Assembly (NCBI GenBank): GCA_965217775.1
Contig: CBDCJH010000002.1
Span: forward strand, 5,152,001 to 5,216,000
Direction: 5' to 3'
Length of the DNA: 64,000 bases
From: Acidobacteriota bacterium
GTDB lineage: Bacteria; Acidobacteriota; UBA6911; RPQK01; JAJDTT01
Shown in pieces: positions 28,987-38,747 of the stretch. Within the stretch, counting starts at the first letter, position 1. The number at the start of each line of letters is the position of its first letter. The position numbers and the translations under genes were made by a program. The notes beneath the pieces are model-generated. The model was not told the origin of the DNA. It saw only the letters and a list, made by a program, of their open reading frames with translations, and searched no databases.

Positions 28987-30105
28987 ATGTTGGTTCCCAA
29001 GGACGACTTCATCGGTCTTGACGACGTGGTCCATCTCTGCGCCGGGGGTGAGACTCCCAGTCTGAGAAGTCATCAGGACGCCGTGGCCCGTTTCTTCCGC
29101 GACAAGGCCAGGGGAGACGATGGCCGGCAACGGTTCGAAGAGACCTATCTGGAATGCAAGGAGAAGGCGGGGAAGCTCCTTAACGTCTCCCCGGAAGAAA
29201 TCGCGTTTCTCTCCTCCACTTCGGAAGGGGTCAACCTGTTGGCTCACGCTCTGGATTGGGAGTCGGGCGACAATGTGGTGGTGGCCGATCTGGAATTCCC
29301 TTCCGACGTCCTTCCCTGGACTCGCCTGGAGCGTCTGGGAGTGGAACTTCGCTTGGTGCGGCACCGCAATTGGCGGGTTTCCGTGTCCGATCTGGAATCG
29401 CGCATCGACTCCAGGACCCGTGTGGTCGCGGTCAGCCTGGTGAGCTTTCTGACCGGGCAGCGGCAGCTGCTCAGTGAGCTCTCGCAACGGGTCCGGTCCG
29501 CCGGGGCGCTTCTCAGCGTGGACGCGACCCACGCGGCGGGCGTCGTCCCGGTGGAAGCGGGCCTCGCCGACATCCTCATGAGCAGTTGCTACAAGTGGCT
29601 GCTGGGAACCCACGGGGTCTCCGTCTTCTACTGGAATCGAAGTCGACTGCCCGACCTGGAGCCTCCCTTCCTGGGTTGGCACACTCCGGCCAGTCTCACC
29701 GGTTGGCGCCATCCGACCCGTTACGAGCCGCGGCCAGGCGCCGCCCGCTTTGAGGCGGGGAATCCGTCGTATATCTCGGTCTACATTCTGGACAACGCGC
29801 TGGACTACCTCTCCCGCGTGGGTGTTCCCGAGATCGAAAGCTATGTCTTGGGTCTGAGCGAAAGGGTGTTGCGTGGACTCACCGAACTCGGCTTGGAGAT
29901 CATGACTCCGTCCCGGCCCCAGGAACGCGCCGGCAATGTCTGCTTCGTCGCCCCCCGGGAGCGGGCCGTGATGCAATGGTTTGAACAGCGCGGAATCGTG
30001 ATCTGGGGAGATTCCCGGCGGATTCGGGTGTCCACTCATCTCTACAATACCGCGGACGACGTGGAGAGTTTGCTCGAAACTTTGAAGGACTGTCCTCTGG
30101 TCTGA
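28987..30105 (+). CDS. Aminotransferase class V PLP enzyme
   Basis: STSEG, EFPSD, VDATH, CYKWLLG, RFEAG, RVSTHLYN. Confidence 0.88.
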   Translation: MLVPKDDFIGLDDVVHLCAGGETPSLRSHQDAVARFFRDKARGDDGRQRFEETYLECKEKAGKLLNVSPEEIAFLSSTSEGVNLLAHALDWESGDNVVVADLEFPSDVLPWTRLERLGVELRLVRHRNWRVSVSDLESRIDSRTRVVAVSLVSFLTGQRQLLSELSQRVRSAGALLSVDATHAAGVVPVEAGLADILMSSCYKWLLGTHGVSVFYWNRSRLPDLEPPFLGWHTPASLTGWRHPTRYEPRPGAARFEAGNPSYISVYILDNALDYLSRVGVPEIESYVLGLSERVLRGLTELGLEIMTPSRPQERAGNVCFVAPRERAVMQWFEQRGIVIWGDSRRIRVSTHLYNTADDVESLLETLKDCPLV

Positions 30106-30108
30106 ACC

Positions 30109-31125
30109 ATGGCTGCTCGTCCCCTGAATCTGCGTCCTCAGGAATTGGGAACGGGTGCCGGTTCCTCCCGGCCCGTCTCCCGCTGTCTCATGCTCCGGAC
30201 GGAACATCCGCAGCTTGTGCGCGCCGCTGTGGAAAAGCTGAGGAAATCGAACCTGGTTCCCGGCCGCCGCCGGCTGATCTTCGATGCGCGGGCTCAGCCC
30301 TACCCGTTGCGACTCGGGAATATCGCCGCGATCCGCCGCAGGAGCCGTTACGAGGAAGAAACCCCCGCCACGGAGGCGACGATTCTGTATCTGCCCACCG
30401 AAGAGGATTCGATTGCTCTGGAGGTCCTGAGGAGGCTGCAAGACCGGAAGATCGTGGGTCCCGGCCGGATTCTGGTGTTCTGCTCAGACGTGAAGAAAAC
30501 TCTCTACGAGTCGCGACCGGAAGTGAGCGAAGTGGTCGCCTATGGACTCAGGCAGAGCCTGAGAAACCTGCGAACCGTCCTGAGACTGGCCAGGATGAAG
30601 GTCGACGTCGTCGTGGCCATCCTATCGGGACGGCCCATATTCCGGGCCCACAAACGGCTGTTTTTTCTGCTCCCGGCTCGATCCCGACTCGTGTTCAACG
30701 AACACGGGGACTGCCATTATGTCAAGCGGAGCCTGGGCGACCTGCTCGGTCTCTGGCGCACCCCGTCCCTTCCCAAGATCGAACCCTATCGGCGCCTTTC
30801 GGGAAGAGAGTTCCGTTTCAGCGCTTTGATCCTGATCAAGGCAGTCCTGTTTCTTCCCCGTTATCTGTTCTTGATCCTGTGGCTGCGCCTGGGCAGCTTG
30901 ACAGTCCGTGGTGAAAGTCCCGCGAGCACCGAGACCGTTCCTGCGCCCGCCGGACAAGGCGCGATTCGGGTGCATACCGGGAGTATGTGCCCGAATCGCA
31001 ACGCCGTCCGCCGGGATGCAGGGACGGTCGAATGCCGTGATGACTTTTGCCACGGGCTGTTGAGGAAGGGCGGGTCGAAGCGTCTCACCGTTTTCAGAAA
31101 GGGGAGCTTCGGAGCGCGCGACTAG
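30109..31125 (+). CDS. Hypothetical protein with C-terminal TM segment and in-frame MITE insertion
   Basis: Operon-coupled ORF of 338 aa; 54 codons derive from the MITE plus its TSD. Confidence 0.65.
   Translation: MAARPLNLRPQELGTGAGSSRPVSRCLMLRTEHPQLVRAAVEKLRKSNLVPGRRRLIFDARAQPYPLRLGNIAAIRRRSRYEEETPATEATILYLPTEEDSIALEVLRRLQDRKIVGPGRILVFCSDVKKTLYESRPEVSEVVAYGLRQSLRNLRTVLRLARMKVDVVVAILSGRPIFRAHKRLFFLLPARSRLVFNEHGDCHYVKRSLGDLLGLWRTPSLPKIEPYRRLSGREFRFSALILIKAVLFLPRYLFLILWLRLGSLTVRGESPASTETVPAPAGQGAIRVHTGSMCPNRNAVRRDAGTVECRDDFCHGLLRKGGSKRLTVFRKGSFGARD
30902..31059. mobile_element. 158-bp MITE, copy 1
   Basis: Imperfect 18-bp TIRs CAGTCCGTGGTGAAAGTC/GACTTTTGCCACGGGCTG; TSD TTGA (30898-30901, 31060-31063); 1 mismatch to copy 2. 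Confidence 0.92.
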
Positions 31126-31144
31126 TCAAGAGCCAATCAAGAAC

Positions 31145-31753
31145 TCAGGAACCGAAACGCGCCGCCACGGCATCCCAGTTCACGACGTTCCACCAGGCCT
31201 TGATGTAGTCGGGCCGCCGGTTCTGATAGCGGAGGTAGTAGGCGTGTTCCCAGACGTCGACACCCAGAAGAGGAACCTGTCCGGCCATGATGGGCGAGTC
31301 CTGATTGGCGGTGGAGAGGACCTCCAGCGATCCCGACCCGTTCTTCACCAGCCAGGCCCAGCCCGATCCGAACCGGCCCACGCCGGCGGCGGCGACGGCC
31401 TGCTGGAACTGGGCAAGGCTGCCGAAAGTGGAATTGATGGCGTCGGCCAGGGCGCCGCCCGGTTCGCCTCCGCCTCCGGGTCCCATCAGGGTCCAGAACA
31501 GGGAGTGATTGGCGTGGCCGCCGCCGTTGTTCCTGACCGCAGTCCGAATGCTCTCGGGAACCGCGGCGCAGTTGTCGGCCAACAATTCATCCAGGCTGAG
31601 GCCGGCCAACTCCGGATGCGAGGAAAGAGCATTGTTCAGGTTGCCCACGTAGGCCGCGTGGTGCTTGTCGTGATGGATTCCCATGGTGGTGGCGTCGATA
31701 TGGGGCTCCAAGGCGTCATTGGCGTAGGGAAGGGACGGCAATTCGAACGGCAT
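31145..31753 (-). CDS. sodA: Mn/Fe superoxide dismutase
   Basis: [33 protein letters not shown]; AAGGAG RBS. Confidence 0.96.
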   Translation of the reverse strand: MPFELPSLPYANDALEPHIDATTMGIHHDKHHAAYVGNLNNALSSHPELAGLSLDELLADNCAAVPESIRTAVRNNGGGHANHSLFWTLMGPGGGGEPGGALADAINSTFGSLAQFQQAVAAAGVGRFGSGWAWLVKNGSGSLEVLSTANQDSPIMAGQVPLLGVDVWEHAYYLRYQNRRPDYIKAWWNVVNWDAVAARFGS

Positions 31754-31898
31754 GAGATCTCCTTTCGATGTTCTTGGGTGAGCGGGGCGCCCGCTCGGCA
31801 GAAAAGATACCAGTCCGGGTCGGAGACGGCAAGGGATCTCGTCGGCTTGGGAAGTGTCATCGTAGTAGACTGGAGCGGGAGTCGATCGGGAGCTTGGC

Positions 31899-33209
31899 AT
31901 GCAATTTCCTGAAAGCCGGTGGCTGTTTACGCCCGGGTTCGTGGTCATTTTTCTGCTCGCCGAAATCTGCGCACAGGTTCCTAAGGCTTCCGATTCGGAG
32001 ATCGAGTACGTCGTCGTCGTCACGGGAAGAGAGCTGCTCGAAGGCGCTTACGCCGACGCGCACACTCAGTTTCTGGCGCGGACCCTCCGGCCGCTCGGAG
32101 GACGATGCGTCGGGTCGGTCACCGTCACGGACGACGAGCAGGAAATAGGGCGAGCCCTCGACTACGCCTCGCGGCGAAGCCGGATCGTCGTCGTCACCGG
32201 AGGACTCGGACCCACCGGCGACGACATTACCCGCCAGACACTGGCCAAGTACACGGGCATCCCTTTGCGGGAATCGCCCCAGGTGATCGATGAGTATCGG
32301 CGCCGCTACGGAGACCGGGTATCCCGTCCGAGCCTCCGGCGACAGGCTCGGGTTCCGTCTCGTGGCGCCTATCTGAAGAATCGGGTTGGAAGTGCCGTCG
32401 GACTCGTCTTCGACGATGGTGAACGCGTCATCGTGGCGTTGCCCGGCCCGCCCCGGGAACTCCGGCCCATGGTCCGGGATGAACTGATTCCTTTTCTGGC
32501 CCGCCGCTTCGGAATCCAGTCGTCGGTCGAGTCGGTTACGCTGCGTTTCGTCGGGATCGGCGAGTCGAGCATCCAGAGGGTCATCGACGAGCACATTGAC
32601 CTGCCGGCCGAGGTGAGGGTCGCTTCCAGCTTCGAAGCGGGACGGGTCGACCTCACCTTCTACGGCCACTCCGGCTTGTCCCGCATTCGAGAAAGCCTGC
32701 TGGCGTTGCGGAGCCGGATGCTGGAGCAGCTCGGGAAACATGTCTATTCCATTGACGGATCGACCCTCGAGGAGACAATCCTGCAGCTTCTGGCCGACCG
32801 CACGACGACGTTGGCCGTGGGCGAGGTGGCGACGGGAGGCGGCCTCTCGTCTCGATTGACCACGACTCCTTCCGCGTCGGCGGTTCTGTTCGGCAGCTAC
32901 GTGGCCGCCACCAATGCGGGACTGAAGGCGTTGCTGGAGGCGGGCGGGTCAGGGACGTCGGGACAGGCTCCGGAGGGGAATGAGGCGGTCCGTGATCTGG
33001 CCCGAAAGGTGGCCGGCGCCCGGCGGGATCGATGGGTGCTGTTGGTGGCCGGACCGGAGAACCGGAACGCCGGCCGGGTCACCCTCTGCGCCGGGTCCCG
33101 GACCCAAGGATTCGAAATCGAGTCGGTCGGCTTCCGGCCCGGCAGATCGGGACGCGAGCGGCTCATTACGCGTGCCCTTGATTTCCTCAGGAGAAGACTG
33201 GCTCAATGA
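31899..33209 (+). CDS. cinA: CinA-like protein (MoCF domain plus degenerate PncC domain)
   Basis: [36 protein letters not shown]; GEVATGG in place of AESCTGG. Confidence 0.8.
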   Translation: MQFPESRWLFTPGFVVIFLLAEICAQVPKASDSEIEYVVVVTGRELLEGAYADAHTQFLARTLRPLGGRCVGSVTVTDDEQEIGRALDYASRRSRIVVVTGGLGPTGDDITRQTLAKYTGIPLRESPQVIDEYRRRYGDRVSRPSLRRQARVPSRGAYLKNRVGSAVGLVFDDGERVIVALPGPPRELRPMVRDELIPFLARRFGIQSSVESVTLRFVGIGESSIQRVIDEHIDLPAEVRVASSFEAGRVDLTFYGHSGLSRIRESLLALRSRMLEQLGKHVYSIDGSTLEETILQLLADRTTTLAVGEVATGGGLSSRLTTTPSASAVLFGSYVAATNAGLKALLEAGGSGTSGQAPEGNEAVRDLARKVAGARRDRWVLLVAGPENRNAGRVTLCAGSRTQGFEIESVGFRPGRSGRERLITRALDFLRRRLAQ

Positions 33210-34096
33210 GTTCTGAACCGGGAGGAGGCTGCAAGAGACCGATGAGTTGGATGATGCGTCTGAGTTGGCTGCTTTGCCTGGGGCTGAGCTCCCAGGTTCT
33301 GGCCCTCGATTTTCCGCACCAGGCCCGGGTGGTCGAGATCACGGACCTGACCCACGACGTGAAGCGGGTGCGGCTGGTCCTGCTGAATCCAGACGGGTTC
33401 GTGTTCAAGCCGGGACAATTCGTCTTTCTGAAGGTCCCGGAAGAATTCGTCCAGGAGTGGAATACTCGATACCGGACGACACATGGCTCGGTTTTTCGAC
33501 CCTACTCCTTCGCCTCCCCGCCCAGCCGGCTTCCGGAATTCGACTTCATTATCAAGCACTTCCGGGCGCCGCCCGGCAAGGACGTGCCGCCCGGCGTCGC
33601 TTCGACCTACGTCCACACCCGTCTCCGGACCCAGGACGTGCTCCACCTCAGCGATCCCACCGGCACTCTCTACCTGGGTCAGGACAGCGACCGTCCCATC
33701 CTGGTGGTGGCCGGCGGCAGCGGCGCCGCTCCTTTCGTCGGTCTGTTGGAGTACTGGTTCGAAGCAGGGATGAACCGGACCCGGAAGATCCACTTTTTCT
33801 TCGGTGTCCGGAGCCGGAGGGATCTTCTGCTGCACGACCTGTTCTCCCGGTGGGCCGCCGAGAAAGAGAACTTCACCTACACGCCGGCACTCTCCTCTCC
33901 CCGTGAAGGGGACGACTGGCAAGGCGAGACCGGTTATATTCAACTCTCGGTCGACAAGTATGTGGAGGCCCCGTCCGAGGCGGAAGCCTATTTGGCCGGT
34001 CCGCCCATAATGGTGAAGATGGTGACCAAGGTCCTCCGGGCGAAGGGACTCCCGGACAGTCGCATTTTTTTCGATCAGATTCTTGCCAGGGAATGA
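33206..34096 (+). CDS. FAD/NAD-binding ferredoxin-reductase-type oxidoreductase (NqrF C-terminal-like)
   Basis: FKPGQF, RPYSFAS, GVASTY, AGGSGAAP, FFFGVR, YLAGPP; start uncertain (33206, 33242 or 33251). Confidence 0.85.
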   Translation: MSSEPGGGCKRPMSWMMRLSWLLCLGLSSQVLALDFPHQARVVEITDLTHDVKRVRLVLLNPDGFVFKPGQFVFLKVPEEFVQEWNTRYRTTHGSVFRPYSFASPPSRLPEFDFIIKHFRAPPGKDVPPGVASTYVHTRLRTQDVLHLSDPTGTLYLGQDSDRPILVVAGGSGAAPFVGLLEYWFEAGMNRTRKIHFFFGVRSRRDLLLHDLFSRWAAEKENFTYTPALSSPREGDDWQGETGYIQLSVDKYVEAPSEAEAYLAGPPIMVKMVTKVLRAKGLPDSRIFFDQILARE

Positions 34097-34106
34097 GGTG
34101 TTAGAT

Positions 34107-34661
34107 ATGGAGACTCAAACGATCATGGCTGTGGTTTCGTTTCTGGCTCTGGCGTCGGGCCTGCTGGCCCTCAGGTCGGCTTCCGCGGCGAAGAGCCGGA
34201 CCCGAACGTTGGAGCGGAAGCTCGAGACCCTGGAAGAAGACGTTTCCAGGGCGGGCTCCCAACAGAAGGAACAACTCGAGAATCAGGGGCAACTGCTCCG
34301 GAGAGTGGCCCAGGGTAAACACGTGACGGAGGCCGTCCTTTCCGGCGGCCTTTTCGACGAAATCGACGGTGAAGAAGCCATGGAAATGCTTCGCCGGCAT
34401 CCGGATACCTTGATCATCGATGTCCGGGAGCCCCATGAGCACGCCGCGGTCCGGATCCCCGGCGCCAAGCTGATCCCCCTCGGAGAAGTTGGCGGCCGTA
34501 CTTCCGAGATCCCGCAAGAGTCCGACCGCATCATCATGCATTGCGCCGCCGGAGGACGCTCGGCCCAGGCCTGCGCCCAACTGGGTGTCCAGGGATACGT
34601 CAATCTCTACAATTTGGCCGGTGGAATCGGACGCTGGCCCGGAGAAATCCGGAGGGGATAG
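34107..34661 (+). CDS. Membrane-anchored rhodanese-domain protein
   Basis: N-terminal TM plus coiled coil; IDVREPHE, HCAAGGRS, NLAGGI. Confidence 0.88.
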   Translation: METQTIMAVVSFLALASGLLALRSASAAKSRTRTLERKLETLEEDVSRAGSQQKEQLENQGQLLRRVAQGKHVTEAVLSGGLFDEIDGEEAMEMLRRHPDTLIIDVREPHEHAAVRIPGAKLIPLGEVGGRTSEIPQESDRIIMHCAAGGRSAQACAQLGVQGYVNLYNLAGGIGRWPGEIRRG

Positions 34662-34739
34662 CCGGAATCCAGCAGACTTCTTGAAACGATCGATCCGTAA
34701 AATGTTCGGATATCCCCCGATGGATAATGCGGGGCTAGC

Positions 34740-37043
34740 GTGAACCGTACAACGCGTTTTTTCGTGGCGTGGGCCGTTCCCTCTCTGCTCATTCTTCTGG
34801 CGCTTCTGCAGGGAGGCCCACAGTTTTTGGACGCCGCCCCCGGCAAGCCGAGCATGAGGGCGTTTCGCGTGTCGGAGCCGCCGGTGATGGACGGCGTGGT
34901 GGATTCGTCCTGGATGTCCATGGCGCCGGCCACCGGTTTCATCCAACAGCTCCCGGAAACGGGAGCCCCGGCGACCGAACGGGTGGAGGTACGGATCGGA
35001 TACAACCGCGACACCATCTTCGTCGGCGTCATCTGCTTCGATTCCCGGCCGCAGGCCATCGTCTCCACCCAGGCCCGGCGCGACGGCGTCCTGGACGAGA
35101 CCGATTCGTTCGAGGTTCTCCTGGATACCTACGACGATGACCAGAGCGGATACCTTTTTGCCACGACTCCCGGAGGCATCGAGTTCGACGCCCAGATCAT
35201 CCACGGCGGCCAGAGCCGCGCCTCAGGGGGACCCGCCCGAGCCGGCTCCGTGGGCGGCAGCGGCTTCGGTGGGGCCCAACGGGGCGGAGCGTCCGCTTTC
35301 AACCTGAATTGGGATGCGGTCTGGACGGTCCAGGCCAGGATCACTTCCCGCGGCTGGGAAGCCGAGCTCGCGATTCCCCTCAGGAGTCTGCGTTACGAGC
35401 CTGGAACGAATCGCACCTGGGGGATCAACTTCAAACGAAATCTCCGCCGGAAGAACGAACAGTCTTACTGGGCCCCGGTCACCCGCGGGTTCGAGATCCA
35501 ACGCGTTTCCCTGGCCGGAGAGCTGACCGGACTGGATCTGGATTTTCGACCCAGCCGCCAAGTCATTCCCTACGTCAAGGGCGGATTCCTCCACGATTAC
35601 CGGGGATCCGATCCATTGAAGGACGGGATTCTGGATGCCGGCGTGGACATGAAATACACGCTCACGCCGACTTTGACGTTGGACGCGACCGTAAACACCG
35701 ACTTCTCCCAGGTGGAGGTGGACGAGGAGCAGGTCAACCTGACCCGCTTCGATCTCTTCTTCCCGGAGAAGAGACCTTTCTTCCTGGAAAATGCCGGGTA
35801 TTTCCAGGTCGGCAGTCCCCGCCAGGCGGAACTCTTCTTCAGCCGCCGCATCGGCATCGATGACAGCGGAGTCGAGGTTCCCATCCTGGGGGGCGCCCGT
35901 ATCACCGGGAAGCTGAATCGTTTCAACCTGGGTGTCCTCAACATGCAGACCAATGAAGTGGAGGACGTGACTCCGGCGCACAACTTCACGGTTCTGCGCG
36001 TGGCCCGGGAGGTGGGTTCCCGCAGCGGATTCGGCGCCATCTTCATCAACAAGGTGGCCACCGGCTCTGCGGCGGCGCCGAACGAATTCAACCGGACCTA
36101 CGGCGTGGACGCCAACATCGGACTGGGGGAACGCTGGACCTTCTTCAACTACGCTGCCCGCACCGAGACGCCGGGTCTTGACGGGCGCGATCACGCCGCC
36201 AGCTCGGCGGTGAGCTACAACACCGATTTCTTCAACTGGGACGTGGGTTATCTGGAGGTGGGAGAGGATTTCAATCCTGAGGTGGGATTCGTGCCCAGGT
36301 CAGGCTACCGGAGGCCCTCCTACGGGATCTTCTTCAATCCCCGCCCCAAGAATCATCCTTTTTTCCGCCGTTTCTGGCCGCATCATTCCTGGCGCGGACA
36401 CTATCGCTTCGACGGTTCCCGCGAGTCGGGTTGGCGCCACAACGATATGCGGATCTTCTTCCAGAACGGTGGATCGGTGGGGTTCGCGTTCAATCAGAAT
36501 TTCGAACAGCTCTTCGAACCCTTCGAGATCTTCGACGACATCGTTCTGTCGAAGGGAATCTACCGTTTCAACAACTGGCTGTTGACTGTCGAATCGGACG
36601 AAAGCGCCAATCTCTTCGGCGTCGCCAACTATTCCTGGGGAGAATTCTACTCGGGTCATATCGACACCCTCAGCCTTCGGGCCGGATTCCGCGTGGGAGC
36701 CGAGTTTCTGCTGGCCGCCCGCTACGTGCACAATTCGGTGGACCTCCCGGAGGGGCCTTTTCGCACGAACCTGGCCATGGTGCAGTTGAACTATTCCTTC
36801 ACGCCGAAGAGCTATATCCAGTCCCTGATCCAGTACAACAGCTCCGAACGGGAGATCGGGGCCAACATCCGGTTCGCCCTGCTTCGCACCGGAAACACCG
36901 GATTCTTCATCGTCTACAACAGCCACTTCGATCCCACAGGAATCGACCCGCACGAAGGACCGATGGTGCCCGGTCCCTATCGGACGCAGAGAACCCTGGA
37001 CCGGACGATCCTGGCCAAGTTCACCTATCTGCTGGATTTCTGA
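34740..37043 (+). CDS. CBM9-like / DUF5916 outer-membrane protein
   Basis: Signal peptide; TVNTDFSQVEVD, FFPEKRPFFLEN, FFSRRIG; C-terminal aromatic beta strand. Confidence 0.85.
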   Translation: MNRTTRFFVAWAVPSLLILLALLQGGPQFLDAAPGKPSMRAFRVSEPPVMDGVVDSSWMSMAPATGFIQQLPETGAPATERVEVRIGYNRDTIFVGVICFDSRPQAIVSTQARRDGVLDETDSFEVLLDTYDDDQSGYLFATTPGGIEFDAQIIHGGQSRASGGPARAGSVGGSGFGGAQRGGASAFNLNWDAVWTVQARITSRGWEAELAIPLRSLRYEPGTNRTWGINFKRNLRRKNEQSYWAPVTRGFEIQRVSLAGELTGLDLDFRPSRQVIPYVKGGFLHDYRGSDPLKDGILDAGVDMKYTLTPTLTLDATVNTDFSQVEVDEEQVNLTRFDLFFPEKRPFFLENAGYFQVGSPRQAELFFSRRIGIDDSGVEVPILGGARITGKLNRFNLGVLNMQTNEVEDVTPAHNFTVLRVAREVGSRSGFGAIFINKVATGSAAAPNEFNRTYGVDANIGLGERWTFFNYAARTETPGLDGRDHAASSAVSYNTDFFNWDVGYLEVGEDFNPEVGFVPRSGYRRPSYGIFFNPRPKNHPFFRRFWPHHSWRGHYRFDGSRESGWRHNDMRIFFQNGGSVGFAFNQNFEQLFEPFEIFDDIVLSKGIYRFNNWLLTVESDESANLFGVANYSWGEFYSGHIDTLSLRAGFRVGAEFLLAARYVHNSVDLPEGPFRTNLAMVQLNYSFTPKSYIQSLIQYNSSEREIGANIRFALLRTGNTGFFIVYNSHFDPTGIDPHEGPMVPGPYRTQRTLDRTILAKFTYLLDF

Positions 37044-37111
37044 CCGGTTCTGAATCATGCTATGAGCGTTCCGAGCAACGCCGGAAACGGGTGAATGCCA
37101 GCGCCGGAATC

Positions 37112-37573
37112 ATGACCTACCTGACGCGTTTGACTGCGGCCATCAAGAGGGAATTGGAGCAGGGTCGACTGGGAACTCCCGTCTACGTGCGGTTGGTGAT
37201 CGTAGCGTCATCAGACCATGGACACCTTGTCCCCGTCTCCGTCGCGGGCATGCAGGTGGTCCAGGAGTTGCTGGGGCCGCCGATTGACGAGATCTTCGCC
37301 GCCGGGAGCGTCGAGTCCGGGAATCTGTCGTTGCAACTGCATTTGGAGGGCGGGCGCACCGGTCAGGTCGTGGTGATCCTCAAGCGGGAGGGCTCGCCGG
37401 GAGCGGACCTGCTCCTCGTCGGGAACCATGGCACCCTGCGGCATGATCTGGCGGAAGCCGATCTCGCCGGTGAAACCGGGGAACGGCTCTGGAGCGCGGG
37501 TTCGGTACGAGCGGAGTTGGTCGAGGCGGTGGAAGAGTCGTTGCGGAAGAGATCGCCGGTGCGGCTCGGGTAA
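37112..37573 (+). CDS. Hypothetical protein resembling a Gfo/Idh/MocA C-terminal domain
   Basis: GRLGTPVYVR, LLLVGNHG; directly precedes a Gfo/Idh/MocA gene. Confidence 0.6.
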   Translation: MTYLTRLTAAIKRELEQGRLGTPVYVRLVIVASSDHGHLVPVSVAGMQVVQELLGPPIDEIFAAGSVESGNLSLQLHLEGGRTGQVVVILKREGSPGADLLLVGNHGTLRHDLAEADLAGETGERLWSAGSVRAELVEAVEESLRKRSPVRLG

Positions 37574-37584
37574 CGGAGCGATCC

Positions 37585-38718
37585 ATGGGAAATACCTACG
37601 GGGTCCTTCTGGTGGCCGGAGACTTGACCCACCAGGAGAATTACGGTGCGGCGTTCGGTCGAGACCCGCGTTGCCGCCTGGTGGCGGTGACCGACGAGCC
37701 TGGAGTCCCGGAACGCAGGGATCGTTTGAATCGATCTCTGGCCCGCCGCTTTGGAATTCCCTTCATCCCCGATCTGTCGGATGCCCTGAAGCGCAGTGAC
37801 GTCCACGTCGTCAGCGTCTGCGTGGAGTTCGAACGCCGCGCCCAGGTGGCCGCTCAATGCGCCCGAGCGGGCAAGCACGTCTACGTGGACAAACCGTTGA
37901 CCGTCTCCAACCGGGAGGCGTCCTCTCTGGTGTCCGAGATCCGGAGGGCCGGAGTACGAAGCCAGATGTTCAGCATGTTCCGAACCCCTTGGGCCCAACG
38001 GGCTCGGCGGCTAACCGACAGCGGCGCCCTGGGGGGACTCGTGAGCATGCACAGCGACCTTCTGTTCTCCAAGGGTCACACCGGGACCGCCGATCTGGAC
38101 CGTCCCCGCCAAGAACATTTCCCGCCCCGAAGGTTCACCTATATCGACTCGAAACGGGAACTCTTCACCATGGGGGTCTATTCCATCGGGATCATGCGTT
38201 GGCTCACAGGCCGTGCGGTGAAACGCGTCTATGCCCGAACCGCCAACTATTTCTTCCAGGAACACCAGAAGAACGACGTGGAAGATTTCGCGGCCCTGAC
38301 CATGGAGTTCGAAGGCGGACTGGTGGGAACCCTGAGCGGAGCGAGAATCGGCTGGCTGAGTCATCTGGCCGGTGGAGTTTCGGGGATCTTCCTGGCCGGG
38401 ACCCGGGGTTGCCGATTCGTCGACGGTGCCCGGCCCCGGTTCGAAGTTGCCTGCGATGCTCCTGCCTGGCGGCCCGGACCGCCGCATCCCGAAGATCCCA
38501 TGGGGTTCTGGAGGAGCAGCACCCGGGAGGCCGGCGGGGTCCACAAGTTCACATGGCGTACGGTCCCCGAGGCGACCCAGTCGGACGAGTCCTTCTTCAT
38601 CGACTGTATCGAGCAGAACCGCGAGAGCGACATGAGCGTCGCCGAGGCCGCCGAGGTGCTGAAGGTGCTCCTGGCCGGCTACGAGTCCGCAGCCACCGGC
38701 AAGGTGGTCTCCATTTAG
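37585..38718 (+). CDS. Gfo/Idh/MocA family oxidoreductase
   Basis: AGKHVYVDKPL, GALG, VEDFA, YESAATGKVV. Confidence 0.85.
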   Translation: MGNTYGVLLVAGDLTHQENYGAAFGRDPRCRLVAVTDEPGVPERRDRLNRSLARRFGIPFIPDLSDALKRSDVHVVSVCVEFERRAQVAAQCARAGKHVYVDKPLTVSNREASSLVSEIRRAGVRSQMFSMFRTPWAQRARRLTDSGALGGLVSMHSDLLFSKGHTGTADLDRPRQEHFPPRRFTYIDSKRELFTMGVYSIGIMRWLTGRAVKRVYARTANYFFQEHQKNDVEDFAALTMEFEGGLVGTLSGARIGWLSHLAGGVSGIFLAGTRGCRFVDGARPRFEVACDAPAWRPGPPHPEDPMGFWRSSTREAGGVHKFTWRTVPEATQSDESFFIDCIEQNRESDMSVAEAAEVLKVLLAGYESAATGKVVSI

Positions 38719-38746
38719 GAGGGGCGACAAGAAAGTCGCCGCTCCT
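38716..38746. repeat. REP-like palindrome between convergent genes
   Basis: AGGAGGGGCGAC-AAGAAA-GTCGCCGCTCCT; its reverse strand matches the reconstructed intron target. Confidence 0.7.
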
Positions 38747-38747
38747 T

